From an uncultured Chloroflexia bacterium (lineage in GTDB: Bacteria > Chloroflexota > Anaerolineae > CG2-30-64-16), in the NCBI GenBank assembly GCA_963808455.1, contig CAWEHT010000155.1:1-57521 (forward strand): a stretch of DNA of 57,521 bases, in the 5' to 3' direction. Within the stretch, counting starts at the first letter, position 1. Each line of letters starts with the position of its first letter. The notes beneath the pieces were generated by a model. It searched no databases. It was not told the origin of the DNA and saw only the letters and a program-made list of their open reading frames with translations. Of the stretch, positions 8,977-19,707 are shown one piece after another. The position numbers were made by a program, and so were the translations under genes.

Positions 8977-9780
8977 ATGACCGGATACATCTGCGCGACG
9001 TGCGGCACCCAGTTTGCGCCAGGCGAAACGCCGCCCGAGCATTGTCCCATCTGTGAGGACGAGCGGCAGTACGTGGGCTGGGGCGGGCAGCAATGGACGA
9101 CCCTGGACGCGCTGCGCGGGGCCCACACCAACCGCATCGCCGAGGAAGAGCCCGGGCTGGTGGGCATCGGCACGGAGCCGCAGTTCGCCATCGGGCAGCG
9201 CGCTCTCCTGGTGAAGGCGTCCGACGGCAACGTCCTTTGGGATTGCATCAGCCTCCTGGACGAAGGGACCGTGGCGGCCTTGCGGGCGCAAGGCGGCATC
9301 CGTGCCATCGCCATCTCACACCCGCATTACTACTCGTCCATGATCGAATGGAGCCGGGCCTTCGATGCGCCGGTCTACCTGCACGAGGCCGATCGCCGAT
9401 GGGCCATGCGGCCCGATCCGGCCATCTGCTTCTGGAACGGCGACACATTGGAATTGGGGCCTGGCCTGACCCTCGTGCGCTGCGGCGGGCATTTCCCGGG
9501 CGGCACGGTCCTGCATTGGGCGGCGGGGGCGGGTGGCCGCGGGGCGCTGCTGACAGGGGATATCATCGACGTGGCGCAGGACCGGCGCTGGGTGAGCTTC
9601 ATGTATAGCTTCCCCAACAAGATCCCCCTCAACGCCGCCGCCGTGCGCCGGATCGTCGCGGCCGTCGATCCATTTCCCTTTGAGCGCATCTACGGCGCCT
9701 GGTGGGGCCGGGTCGTGGCCAACGATGCCAAAAGGGCCGTCGCACGCTCGGCCGAGCGCTACATCCGCGCGCTCGGCTAG
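8977..9780 (+). CDS. MBL-fold metallo-hydrolase with N-terminal CxxC/CxxC zinc ribbon
   Basis: GGAGG RBS; ICATCGTQ...CPICEDERQYV, ISHPHYY, GGHFPG, TGD motifs. Confidence 0.9.
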   Translation: MTGYICATCGTQFAPGETPPEHCPICEDERQYVGWGGQQWTTLDALRGAHTNRIAEEEPGLVGIGTEPQFAIGQRALLVKASDGNVLWDCISLLDEGTVAALRAQGGIRAIAISHPHYYSSMIEWSRAFDAPVYLHEADRRWAMRPDPAICFWNGDTLELGPGLTLVRCGGHFPGGTVLHWAAGAGGRGALLTGDIIDVAQDRRWVSFMYSFPNKIPLNAAAVRRIVAAVDPFPFERIYGAWWGRVVANDAKRAVARSAERYIRALG

Positions 9781-9789
9781 AGCGCGGGT

Positions 9790-10353
9790 CTCATGCGCTT
9801 TTCCGGCGGGCGTGCATCTCGTTCAACTATCTTCCAGGTGCGACTGCCGTCGCTCGATTCTTCGCCCCTCCAGAGGAAGCTGTCGCGCGTGATGTCTCGG
9901 AAGGTCCAGCGTTCCCGTGGGTCGTCGTCGAGCCCTTCCAGCACGATCATGCCGTTGACAGGCCGGCCGATGAAGCGGCGCACCCGGCCGTTCAAGGGGT
10001 CCAGCCACGTCGAGCGCCAGGCGCCAAGCTGCGGGTCGTAGAAGCGGATGGTGGTGCCGTGAAAGGCGCGCATGCGCCCGGCGTCGCCGCCGTCTGCCGG
10101 CACCCGCCAGACATCCTGGATCGCACGGCCGTCGAGTATCCAGCCGAAGTGCAGTTCGCCCCTGACGGCGATCGGAGAGCCCATCCGGTCGAGGCCGCGC
10201 CACTTCGAGGTCCCAGGCCCCGATGAACTGGCCGAACAACTGCAACGCTCCCGCGGATGGGCCGTGGGCCCCAGAGGCGTGCAGCGCCCCTACCAGCGAA
10301 TCCTCAGGCTGGGCGAGCGCACGGGGCGCCTCGGGTGTGACGTCACGAGACAT
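9790..10353 (-). CDS. Conserved hypothetical beta-rich protein (apparent frameshifts)
   Basis: LFGQFIGAWDL ... GELHFGWILDGRAIQDVW ... GTTIRFYDP ... RWTFRDIT.DSFLWRGE.S.DG..TW across ORFs 9823..10353 and 9777..10184. Confidence 0.7.
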
Positions 10354-10400
10354 CGAACTTCCTCCTTGCGATGCTTGGGTTCCCCAGGGCCCCGCTTTTT

Positions 10401-10429
10401 TTGACAGATGCGGCGGGGCGATATACTAT
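10401..10429 (+). promoter_or_regulatory. Sigma70-like promoter TTGACA-17-TACTAT
   Basis: Near-consensus hexamers with a 17-bp spacer just upstream of ATG 10447. Confidence 0.65.
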
Positions 10430-10446
10430 CCTGCCCGGAGTCGGGC

Positions 10447-10902
10447 ATGACACATCAGGTTCTTTTCCTCTGCACCGGCAACTACTATCGCAGCCGTTTC
10501 GCAGAGTTGTTGTTCAATCACCTTGCCGGCGAGGCCGGGCTGAACTGGCAGGCCGATTCGAGAGGGTTCGCCGCCTACCAGGCGCACGAGGCGGGCCCGG
10601 TCCTGCCCTCTGCCCTCGAGGCCCTCCTCGCGGAGGGCGTGCGGCTGGACCGGCCGCTGCGCTTCCCGCTGCAATTGCAGCCCGAGGATCTCGAGCGCGC
10701 CGATCTCGTCGTTGCTCTGGATGAAGAGGAACATCGCGATTACCTGGTAACGGACTTCCCCGGCTGGGAAAAGCGGGTGGAGTACTGGCACATCCAAGAC
10801 CTGCACTTCATCCCGGCGCGCCTGGCGCTGCCTGCGCTCGAGAGCGAGGTCCGCGCCCTCGTGCAGCGTCTCCTTCGCGACGGCCACGCCGAACCCCGAT
10901 AG
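10447..10902 (+). CDS. Low-molecular-weight protein-tyrosine phosphatase family protein
   Basis: VLFLCTGNYYRSRFAE P-loop, ADLVVALD, YWHIQD. Confidence 0.9.
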   Translation: MTHQVLFLCTGNYYRSRFAELLFNHLAGEAGLNWQADSRGFAAYQAHEAGPVLPSALEALLAEGVRLDRPLRFPLQLQPEDLERADLVVALDEEEHRDYLVTDFPGWEKRVEYWHIQDLHFIPARLALPALESEVRALVQRLLRDGHAEPR

Positions 10903-10961
10903 GTGCCGGCCGGCCGTCGCCCGCGATGGACAGCTGCCAACCGGCGCCCCTTTAAGCAATC

Positions 10962-11004
10962 TGGCTAGAATTGGTCCTGCCTGGTGGGGCTCCAGTTCTA
11001 GCCA
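10962..11004. terminator. Stem-loop between convergent genes, possible bidirectional terminator
   Basis: TGGCTAGAATTGG...CCAGTTCTAGCCA 13-bp stem. Confidence 0.4.
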
Positions 11005-11133
11005 AAGAATTGGCCGACCGAAGTTGGGCACTGCCAGCCCTGCCCAACCCCGATCAAAGCCAATTTATAGTCTACTTAGCCCCTAAGCGCGCTTATGTAG
11101 CTATGCGTACATTGCGGCCCCTGATATAGCCTG

Positions 11134-11850
11134 CTATCGTGCGCCCGCTTTCCCTGCCCTTTCCACCAGCAGCATCAGCGCATGTTCCCCTAGAAGCGCC
11201 ATGAGGAAGGGCCAGGCGAGAAGCAGCGGAAGGACCAACACCACGCTCACGGCGGTGAGCAGCAGCGCAAGCAAGACGAGAACGAACCCGTAGAACGGGT
11301 TGGCGAAAGCCAGAAGGGCCGCGGTGCGCAGGGCGCCCGGCAGGGTCGGTCCCTTCAGACCCGCCAGGATGGCCGGCAGGCAGAGCGTCGCAGCGCACCA
11401 CAGGGCGGCCAGGTAAACCCAGAGAATTGCCAGAGCCTGCAACAAGCCGGCACTCTGAAAAGCATAGAACTGGATGTTGAGCAGGAGCAGGGCCATGATG
11501 GCCATGGCGACCGCGTAAAGGGCCAGGGCGCGGCGCCAGTGTGTGCGGAAGCCGTCCCAGAAATACCCGCGATCGACGCGGAGATCGCGGGCCACCTGGC
11601 GCGCGGCGCTGGCCAGGGCCACGTTCGCCGGGCCGGCGGGAATGGCGATCAGCGGCGCCAGCCAGAATGGGGAACGCAACCCGCCGGCCAGCAGCACGTA
11701 GCCGACAAAGACGGCAAGCCCCACGAAGATCCCGCCGGTCGCCCACCACAGAAGGCAGAGCACCATCGAGAAGAGGAGCTCGTTGTAGAAGCTGACGGTT
11801 GCACGCCAGGCTGTGATCAATGCGCGCATGCGGTGGAGGGCATAGGGCAT
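11134..11850 (-). CDS. DUF624/YesL-like membrane protein (start uncertain)
   Basis: Multiple TM helices, IPAGPANVAL, YFWDGFRTHWRRAL pattern. Confidence 0.7.
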   Translation of the reverse strand: MPYALHRMRALITAWRATVSFYNELLFSMVLCLLWWATGGIFVGLAVFVGYVLLAGGLRSPFWLAPLIAIPAGPANVALASAARQVARDLRVDRGYFWDGFRTHWRRALALYAVAMAIMALLLLNIQFYAFQSAGLLQALAILWVYLAALWCAATLCLPAILAGLKGPTLPGALRTAALLAFANPFYGFVLVLLALLLTAVSVVLVLPLLLAWPFLMALLGEHALMLLVERAGKAGAR

Positions 11851-11893
11851 GGTGAGCAGGAGACGCCCGCCAGTGGCCCATCCCCTATTCTCT

Positions 11894-12973
11894 TCATGTG
11901 GTGACGATTTCCTGCAGCAGGCGGGCGGCGTTGAATATGTCTGAGATGGCGATGCTCTCCTGCGGCGTGTGGACGTTAGCCATGCCGGTGCTGAGCACGG
12001 CGCAAGACATGCCGGCTGCGTTATAGATGTTGGCGTCCGCCCCGCCGCCGCTGTTGTGATAGAAGGGTGTGAGCCCCAGGCGGCGCGCCGCAGCCGCGGC
12101 GTGGGCAACCACCGGTGTGGTTTCGGTCAGGCAGTACCCCGAGTACGTGCGTGTGACTTCGATCTCGGCACGGGCGCCGTGGCGGCCCGCTGCTTCCTGG
12201 AAGGCGTGCACCATGGCCGCAGTCTGGGCTTCGAGCCTGGCGCTGTTGCGGCTGCGCGCCTCGCCGACGATGCAAACCCGCTCGGGAACGATGTTGCGTG
12301 CCGTGCCGCCCTGGACGATGCCGATGTTCGCGGTGGTCTCGGGGTCGATGCGCCCGAGCGGCATGGCGGCGATGGCTTCGCTCGCCACGCGGATGGCGTT
12401 GATGCCTCTTTCAGGCTCGCTGCCGGCGTGCGCGGTCTTGCCGATGATCGTCACTGCCAGTGAGTCCTGGCTGGGCGCGCTGACCGCGATGGTACCGATC
12501 GGGCCGCCGGCGTCCAGCACATAGCCCTGGCGGGCGTGCAGCTTGCCCTTGTCGAGCAGCCTGGCGCCCAGAAGGCCGACTTCTTCGCCGACGCTGATGA
12601 CCACTTCCAGCGGGGGATGCGGCAGTTTGGCCTCTTCGAGCGAAATCAGCACCTCCAGGATCGCCGCCACGCCGGATTTATCGTCGCCGCCCAGGATCGT
12701 CGTGCCGTCCGAATAGATGATGCCCTCGCGGACCTGGGGCTTGATGCCCGTGTCCTGGCCTGCCGTGTCCATGTGGGCGCTGAGCAGCAGCCAGTCGCCG
12801 TGGCCGTTGGGCCAGCGAGCGATGACGTTGCCGTGCTCGTCGCGGGCGACCTGTCCGCCAAGCTCAGTGAAGCGGCGCATCAGCTCTTCGCCGATCGCCT
12901 GCTCGTGGCCGGAGGGGCTATCGATCGCGACCAGATCCAGGAAAGTCTGTAGAACACGTTGCTTGTTGATCAT
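11894..12973 (-). CDS. M20 family peptidase T-like metallopeptidase
   Basis: IDSPSGHE, SAHMDT, LGGDDKSG, GEEVGLLG, GGGADAN, HTPQE. Confidence 0.9.
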   Translation of the reverse strand: MINKQRVLQTFLDLVAIDSPSGHEQAIGEELMRRFTELGGQVARDEHGNVIARWPNGHGDWLLLSAHMDTAGQDTGIKPQVREGIIYSDGTTILGGDDKSGVAAILEVLISLEEAKLPHPPLEVVISVGEEVGLLGARLLDKGKLHARQGYVLDAGGPIGTIAVSAPSQDSLAVTIIGKTAHAGSEPERGINAIRVASEAIAAMPLGRIDPETTANIGIVQGGTARNIVPERVCIVGEARSRNSARLEAQTAAMVHAFQEAAGRHGARAEIEVTRTYSGYCLTETTPVVAHAAAAARRLGLTPFYHNSGGGADANIYNAAGMSCAVLSTGMANVHTPQESIAISDIFNAARLLQEIVTT

Positions 12974-14754
12974 TTATTCCTCTTGACGTCTTCGACTTCG
13001 GCCATCATTTCGTGCACGCCGGCACGCACAGCCGCGGTGTCGGCGCCGATCATGCGTGCCAGCTCGATGATGCGTGGCTCGCCTTCGAGGCAACGAACAG
13101 CAGTCAGCGTACGTTCGCCGGCAACGCGCTTGACCACATGGAAATGCGCATCGGCGTAGGCGGCGAGCTGTGGCAGGTGGGTGATGCACAGCACCTGGTG
13201 GCGCTGCTCCTTGCCATCCCCGGCCGCCGTCAGGCTCCACAGCTTGCGGCCGACCGTGGCCCCCACCTGGCCGCCGATGCCCATGTCGATCTCGTCGAAG
13301 ATGAGGGTGGGCGTCTCGTCGGCCCGGCCCAGGACGGTCTTGAGGGCCAGCATGAGGCGCGACGTCTCACCACCGGAGGCTACCCGGGCCAACGGCTTGA
13401 GGGGCTCGCCGGGGTTGGCAGAGACGAGAAAAGCCACCTGATCCAGGCCGTAGCTATCGAAAGCGTAGCGGCCGGGTTGCTGCCCGGCGCGCCCGGCGGC
13501 TTCCGCGGCCACCGGAGCCCCTCCGGCAGGGTCCGGCGACCACGTGATCTGCACGGCGACGCGTGATCGGGCCATTTGCAAGTCTGCCAACTCCATTTCG
13601 ATCGCACGCGCCATGCGCTCGCCTGCGCTCCGGCGCATGGCCGACACCTCGGCCCCCAGGCTGCCCAGTGTGGCCAGCAGGCGGGATTCTTCGCCCTCCA
13701 GCTCGCCGATGCGCTCCTCGGCATGGCTGATCTTCTCGAGCTCGCCGGCAGCCTTGTCGGCGTAGGCCAACACCTCGCCGATGCCTTCCCCATACTTGCG
13801 CTGGAGGCTGCGGACCAGCTGCAAGCGTTCCTCGACCTGTTGCAGACCTTGCGGGTTGAACTCGACCTGATCGCGGTAACGTTCGAGGGCGCGACCCAGG
13901 TCGTTGAGCAGTTCGATTGCCTCGGCCAGCTGATCGGCCAGCGACTGCACGCTCGGGTCGATGCGCGTGAGGCGGTCGAGCGCCTGCTCGACGGCCCCCA
14001 GGGCATCCAGCGCGCCCATCTGCTCGGTGCCGCCTTCCTGCAACACGGCGACGGCCTCGCCGCTCAACGACGCCAGTTGCTCGGCGTTGGCCAGCCGCCG
14101 CCGCTCGATCTCGAGCTCTTGCTGCTCGCCGGGCCTCAGCCGCGCCGCCTCGATCTCGTCTACCTGAAAGCTCAACAAGTCGATGCGCCGCGCCCGCTCG
14201 CGCTCATCCTGGCGCAGGCTCGCGAGCTCGTGGCGCACCTGCCTGACCTGCCGCACCAGGGCGGCCAGGGCGGCCCGTTCCCTCTCCAGGCCGGCATAAC
14301 GGTCGAGGAGCCCGAGGTGCTCCTGCTCCGGCAGCAGCGAGAGATGTTCGCCCTGGCCGTGGATGTCCAAAAGGAAGCCGCCGATGTCGGATAGCAGCCC
14401 GCTGGTGACCGCCCGGCCGTTCACGCGGGCCACCGAGCGCCCGTTCGCCCGCACCTCACGCGACAGGGTCAGCGCTTCCGTCTGGTCGCTTTCGAGCCCG
14501 TTTTCTGCCAGGATGGGCGCCAGGCGCTCGAGGGACCCGGGGGAGAGCAGGAAGGTCCCCTCGACCTCGGTGCGCGCCGCGCCGGCCCGCAGGATATCCT
14601 GTGAGGCCCGATCGCCCAACAAGAGCCCGGCGGCATCGATGATGATCGACTTGCCCGCGCCCGTCTCGCCTGTCAGCACGTTGAAACCCGGCCCGAAGGT
14701 GAGGTCCAGCTCGTCGATGATTGCCAGATCGCGAATTCGCAGCTCCGCAAGCAT
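12970..14754 (-). CDS. recN: DNA repair protein RecN
   Basis: LTGETGAGKS, IHGQGEH, coiled coil, ASGGETSR, FDEIDMGIGG, CITHLPQLAA. Confidence 0.97.
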   Translation of the reverse strand: MLAELRIRDLAIIDELDLTFGPGFNVLTGETGAGKSIIIDAAGLLLGDRASQDILRAGAARTEVEGTFLLSPGSLERLAPILAENGLESDQTEALTLSREVRANGRSVARVNGRAVTSGLLSDIGGFLLDIHGQGEHLSLLPEQEHLGLLDRYAGLERERAALAALVRQVRQVRHELASLRQDERERARRIDLLSFQVDEIEAARLRPGEQQELEIERRRLANAEQLASLSGEAVAVLQEGGTEQMGALDALGAVEQALDRLTRIDPSVQSLADQLAEAIELLNDLGRALERYRDQVEFNPQGLQQVEERLQLVRSLQRKYGEGIGEVLAYADKAAGELEKISHAEERIGELEGEESRLLATLGSLGAEVSAMRRSAGERMARAIEMELADLQMARSRVAVQITWSPDPAGGAPVAAEAAGRAGQQPGRYAFDSYGLDQVAFLVSANPGEPLKPLARVASGGETSRLMLALKTVLGRADETPTLIFDEIDMGIGGQVGATVGRKLWSLTAAGDGKEQRHQVLCITHLPQLAAYADAHFHVVKRVAGERTLTAVRCLEGEPRIIELARMIGADTAAVRAGVHEMMAEVEDVKRNK

Positions 14755-14769
14755 ATCTCGATTATAGTA

Positions 14770-16033
14770 CTAATATTCTAGTTTTCGCAACGCGGGTGCC
14801 GTCACGAGCACCAGAGCGGCCACGAGGACGGTGATGCCCGCATCGACCCCGATGGCTATCCGGGTGCCGAAGGCCTGGGCCAGCACGCCGGCCTGGAGCG
14901 CGCCGAACGGCACGGTGCCGAAAAACGTCAACATGTAGACTGCCATCACGCGCCCACGCAGGTCGTCGGGCACGAGCATCTGGATGGTCGTGTTGGCCAT
15001 GGCGTTCTGCGCGACGATCGCCAGGCCGACCACGACCAGACAGGCCAACGCAATCGGCAGCCCGGGCGCGCCGGCGAAGAATACCAACGCCGCCGGGGAT
15101 ACGATAGCGCCGGCAGCGAATACGAAGATCTTGTGCCCGAAATGGGCCATCGATGCGACAACCAGCGAGCCCACCAGCGCTCCCACGCCCACCGCGACAT
15201 TGAGCGCGCCCAGGCCCACCGCTCCCACGTTCATCACGTCCTGCGCGTAGGCGGGCAGCAGCACGCTGTAGGAGGCAGCGAAGATGGAGGAGATGCATAC
15301 GATGATGATGGTTGCACGCACCGGAACGTTCTGCCACACATAGGCGATGCCCTCGGCCAGCTGCGACATCACGGGGGCGGCGCGGACCGTTATGGCTGGG
15401 GCGGCAGGGAACTGCATCATGAGCAGCGCCGCGAGCACGGCCACGAAGCTGAGTCCGTTCAACCCGAAACACCAGGCAGCGCCCACGGCCGCCAAAACGA
15501 CGCCGCCCACCGCGGGGCCGACCACGCGGGCCATGTTGAATATCGTCGAGTTGAGAGCGATCGGTGTTCATCAGGTAGCGGCGGTCTTCGACCATCTCCA
15601 CGGCCATAGCCTGGCGGGCAGGGGCATCGAACGAGGTGGCGAAGCCCAACAAGATTGCCAGCACGACCACGTGCCAGACTTGCAGGACGCCTGGCTTGAT
15701 GGCCAGGCCGGCCAGGACGAAGGCCAGGACCATCATGGTGGTCTGCGTCATCAGGAGCAGCCGGCGCTTGGGGATGAGGTCGGCGGCCACGCCCCCGAAC
15801 AACATGAGAAAGAGGGTAGGCAACGAGCCCGCGAAAGTGACCGCTCCCAGGGCGAATTCTGAATGGGTCAGCTGAAAGACCACGTAGCCTTGCGCTACGC
15901 TTTGCATCCAGGTGCCCATCATCGAGAGGGTTTGGCCGATGAACCACAGCCGAAAGTTGCGGAACTGTAAGGCGCCGAAGGTCCCGATCCGGTCACGCTC
16001 CGCAACTATGGCTTCCGACGTAACTTCAGTCAA
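14770..16033 (-). CDS. MFS transporter (apparent frameshift near 15565)
   Basis: RNFRLWFIGQTLSMMGTWMQSVA, GGVAADLIPKRRLL, FDAPARQA; second half ARVVGPAVGG...PDDLRGRVM. Confidence 0.9.
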
Positions 16034-16117
16034 ATTCTGTACCGATGCCGGGGTGAGGCCCGCCGCAGGCAGGCCGTGGAGTCAGCAGCCCTTCCGGCGG
16101 AAAGGGCAGGCGGGCAC

Positions 16118-16715
16118 CTATTGCAGCCGCGGGTAAATCGTGCTGGCGGCAGCCACCGCAAAGACCAAGATGTAGAGGTGCCCTATCAAGATCACGGGCA
16201 GGCGCATCAGCGCCAGGACGAGCGGCGCCCCTGCGAATGCCAGCACCAGGGCAACCAGCAGGATCCCCACCACGCTTGCCGCTGCCGCGATACCACTTCA
16301 GATTCCGCGAGCGACGCCGCCCAACGCTCGCCCGGACAGCCTCTGCGATGACGCCGCCGGCAACCGGGCCGGCGAAGATGGCCAGGATCACGCCGAACAG
16401 GAGCCCCAGAATGCCAAGCAGCGCCCACGCGAGGGCACCGGCTACAGCGGCAACCACGAAGGCGACCACGGCCGCCACCAGAGGGTCGGACGCGTGGGCG
16501 TTGAAATAGACGGCTTGCTGGCTGCGAACGCACTGGCGGCAGCGATAGCCCACCGGGGTGCGTATGGCGCACCGGTAGCAGATGGGCGTCCCGCAGCGGT
16601 TGCAGCGCAACACCGTCGGCTGATCGGGATGATAGGTGCAGAATACCGTCTCGTTTTCTGGTCCGGTATCGATCTGTTCTGACTGTGTGCTAATCGTGGT
16701 CTGGTCTTGAGTCAT
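16118..16715 (-). CDS. Membrane protein with N-terminal B-box-like zinc finger (apparent frameshift near 16290)
   Basis: CTYHP...CNRCGTPICYRC...GYRCRQC followed by hydrophobic helices. Confidence 0.75.
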
Positions 16716-16767
16716 AGGTTTTTCTCGTCGCGCCCACTTGCCGGTCAGACGGCACCGGCCCTCGTTT

Positions 16768-17619
16768 TCAAACCTGCCAGCGCAACCTGTCCATCAGAGT
16801 GCGGTAAAAGTACGCGCGATCCTGCATGCGCACGAACCGGCAGACGTCCTGGCTGGCCCTGATGTCCACCCGGTCATCTTCGGCCAGCGCGATCTCGAAT
16901 TGGCCGTTGACCGTGAGGATTGCCGGGTAGTCAGCCTGCACGCGCAGCGAAACGGTCGAGCCTTGCGATAAGATCACCGGCCGATCCAAGCTCAGGTGCG
17001 CGCAAATGGGAATGAGCAGGATATTCTTCAATTCGGGCGGCAGGATGGGCCCGCCCGCGGCCAGGGCGTAGCCGGTGCAGCCGGTCGGCGTGGCCACGAT
17101 CACCCCATCGGCGCGGTAGTTGGTCAGGTGGCTGTGGTTGACCCACGCCTCGACGTTGACGAGCCGGGCCAGGCCACCGCGGCTGACCACCACATCGTTG
17201 AGGGCGCGGTAGGAATGGTTGAAGGCCGGCGCGCACTCGCCCCCGCGTGCCACCGCCACGTCCAGCAGCATGCGCTCTTCGAGCCAGAAATCGCCGCGCA
17301 GCAGCCGTTCCAGCGGCTCACGCCAGTTGTCGGGCTGCACCTCGGCCAAAAAGCCGACCCGCCCCAGCCTCAAGCCCAATATCGGGACGCCATGCGGGCT
17401 GGCCGCGCGGGCGGCGCGGAAGATCGTGCCGTCCCCGCCCAGGGTGATGAGGGCAGACAGCCCCTCGCAGTGCGCCAGTGCCTGCGGCTCGTCCCAGGCG
17501 GAGCCGGCCCAAAACGGGCAACCTTGATCGCGGAGATATGCGCCCATCTGCTCGGCCAGCGCCAGCGACTCCGGCTTCATGGGATGATACAGGATACCGA
17601 TGGAGTGTTCGCTTGCCAT
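16768..17619 (-). CDS. nadK: NAD(+) kinase
   Basis: LGGDGT, GRVGFL, ALNDVV, ADGVIVATPTG.TGYALAAGGPIL. Confidence 0.95.
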   Translation of the reverse strand: MASEHSIGILYHPMKPESLALAEQMGAYLRDQGCPFWAGSAWDEPQALAHCEGLSALITLGGDGTIFRAARAASPHGVPILGLRLGRVGFLAEVQPDNWREPLERLLRGDFWLEERMLLDVAVARGGECAPAFNHSYRALNDVVVSRGGLARLVNVEAWVNHSHLTNYRADGVIVATPTGCTGYALAAGGPILPPELKNILLIPICAHLSLDRPVILSQGSTVSLRVQADYPAILTVNGQFEIALAEDDRVDIRASQDVCRFVRMQDRAYFYRTLMDRLRWQV

Positions 17620-17622
17620 CGC

Positions 17623-18893
17623 TTACAGCCTGGCCCGCAACCAGCCGGCGATCTCGGACTGCGGCAGCGCCGTCTGCTCGCCGGTCGCCATGGCGCGCGC
17701 CAGGACCGTTGCGCTGGCCAGTTCCTGATCGCCGAGGATCAAGGTATAGGCCAGCCCGGTCTTGTCCGGCGCTTAAGCTGGGCCTTCAGGCTGCGCTGGC
17801 CGAAAGACAGCAAGGCCCCGATCCCGGCATCACGGAGGTCACGCGCCAGCTTGAGCGCCGGGACACGGGCGAGGTCTCCCAGCGCCGAGACCTGGACGGC
17901 AGGTGCCGGCAGCGCTGGGGGCTGCACTCCCTGCTCGCGCAAGCTCAGGATCACCCTCTCGATGCCCATGCCGAAGCCGATGCCCGGCGTAGGCGGGCCG
18001 CCGAGCTCCTCGATCAGGCCATCGTACCGCCCGCCGCCACAAACGGCCGCCTGCGCTCCGATGCCCTCAGCCCATACTTCGAAAACGGTCTTCGTATAAT
18101 AGTCAAGCCCGCGCACCAGGCGGAAATTGATGCGATAAGGCATGGCCAGCGCTTCCAGGTAGGCGCAGAGTGTGCTGAGGTGCGTGGCGCATTCCTCACA
18201 GAGATAATCGGCGCTATGTGGCGCATCATCCAGCAGCGGCTGCACGGCCTCTTCCTTGGAGTCGAGCAGGCGCAGAGGATTGATCGCCAGACGGCGGCGA
18301 TCCACGTCATTGAGCTCATCCTCGTGGTTGCGGAAGTACTCCACCAGCCGGGCCCGGTAGGCAGGGCGGCACTTCGGGCAGCCGGTGGAGTTCAACTGGA
18401 AGTTGAGCCCGCGGAAGCCCAGCCGCGCCAGCAGCGTCCAGGCGAGGGACATGACCTCCAGGTTGACGGCCGGGTCCATCTCACCCAGCGCCTCGCAATC
18501 GAACTGGTGATGCTGGCGAAAGCGCCCGGCCTGGGGCCGCTCGAAGCGGAAGATCGGGCCGATGGCGAAAACCTTGACCGGCTGTGGCCAGACATGCATG
18601 CCGTGTTCGATGTAAGCCCGCATGATGCTGGCAGTAAACTCCGGGCGCAAGGTCAGGTCGGCGCCTCCCTTATCTTGAAAGGAGTACATCTCCTTGTTGA
18701 CGATGTCGGTGCCTTGCCCGACACCCCGCACGAAGAGCCCCGTCTCCTCGAAAATGGGCGTATCCACCTGCTGATAGCCGAAGAGCGCGGCCACGGCCTG
18801 CATTTGCTCGGTGACGAAACGCCAGTAGGGCCGGTCCGCCGGCAAGATATCCTGCGTGCCACGTGGTGCCTGGTACACGACCGCCTCCGTCAT
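17623..18893 (-). CDS. hisS: Histidine--tRNA ligase (apparent frameshift near 17770)
   Basis: PRGTQD, LRPEFTAS, FRFERPQAGRFRQHHQ, LVRGLDYY, GGGRYD; anticodon domain continues ADKTGLAYTLILGDQE in another frame. Confidence 0.96.
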
Positions 18894-19545
18894 TCCCCTG
18901 CTGCCGCCGAGGAACGGCGTGCCGCCCACTCCTCTAAGCTGCGCAGCGCTGTTTGCAACTTTTCCTGGCGCACGGCGACGGTCAGATCACCCTGGGTGCG
19001 TTCGAGCACGGGGCGCAGCATATCGGTGCTCCGGCGCAGCCCGCCCGTCAGGCTCTCGGGAAAGTTGACCGTGATCAGGTGGCTGTAGACCTCGTCCATC
19101 GTGGCCAGGTACGGCTCGCCCTCTGCCGCCTGGCCGCGGCGGATCAGGTCGAGGATGAAGCGCCGCAGCTCACTGGCCGCCTCAGCCAGGCCGTTGAGAT
19201 ACGCGGGGCAGGTATGCCAAGCTGCGCGGGCCCAGGCGGCTCGTTGCCGTGCACGAAAGCGTACAGCAAATGGGCCTCAGCCAGCTCCTTGAGCGCGTCC
19301 TGGGTATAGCCCATGTGGTAGAGATCAGGATACTGGGCCACATCGGCCGCCATCACGGCCGCTGCCTCGCGCGCCGTCTTGAGCAAGCGGACGGCATCGT
19401 CCCAGTCATGGCGGTGGATCGCCCGCACGCTGAGGGCGCAGAAACGGACCAGCTCGCGGCTGCGGTTGAGCGTCACATCTCGCACCTGGTTCTTGGCCGC
19501 GAACTCTTCCCTGATCGTGTCGACTATCCCTGCCAGTTCCGGCAC
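18890..19545 (-). CDS. Translin/Trax (C3PO) family protein (apparent frameshift near 19205)
   Basis: SRELVRFCALSVRAIHR, QDALKELAEA, YLNGLAEAASELRR, GLRRSTDMLR translin-type motifs; stop overlaps the hisS ATG. Confidence 0.85.
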
Positions 19546-19590
19546 CGGGCTCTCTCCTCTCGAAAAGAAAAGCTACTCCACATCTGAGTA

Positions 19591-19619
19591 AGTATAAGGC
19601 GAATGCAGGATGGCGTCAA
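19591..19619 (-). promoter_or_regulatory. Sigma70-like promoter TTGACG-17-TATACT for the translin-hisS operon
   Basis: cgtcaa 19614-19619 and agtata 19591-19596 on the + strand. Confidence 0.6.
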
Positions 19620-19631
19620 CAGTTCGCGGCG

Positions 19632-19669
19632 AAAAACACGACAGCGGGCCATGCCGATGGCCCGCTGTC
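19632..19669 (-). terminator. Intrinsic terminator after ssb
   Basis: Perfect 13-bp stem GACAGCGGGCCAT/ATGGCCCGCTGTC followed by GTGTTTTT on the minus strand. Confidence 0.8.
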
Positions 19670-19707
19670 AAACGAATGAAAACAGCCAGGAACCTATCCG
19701 AAACCCC

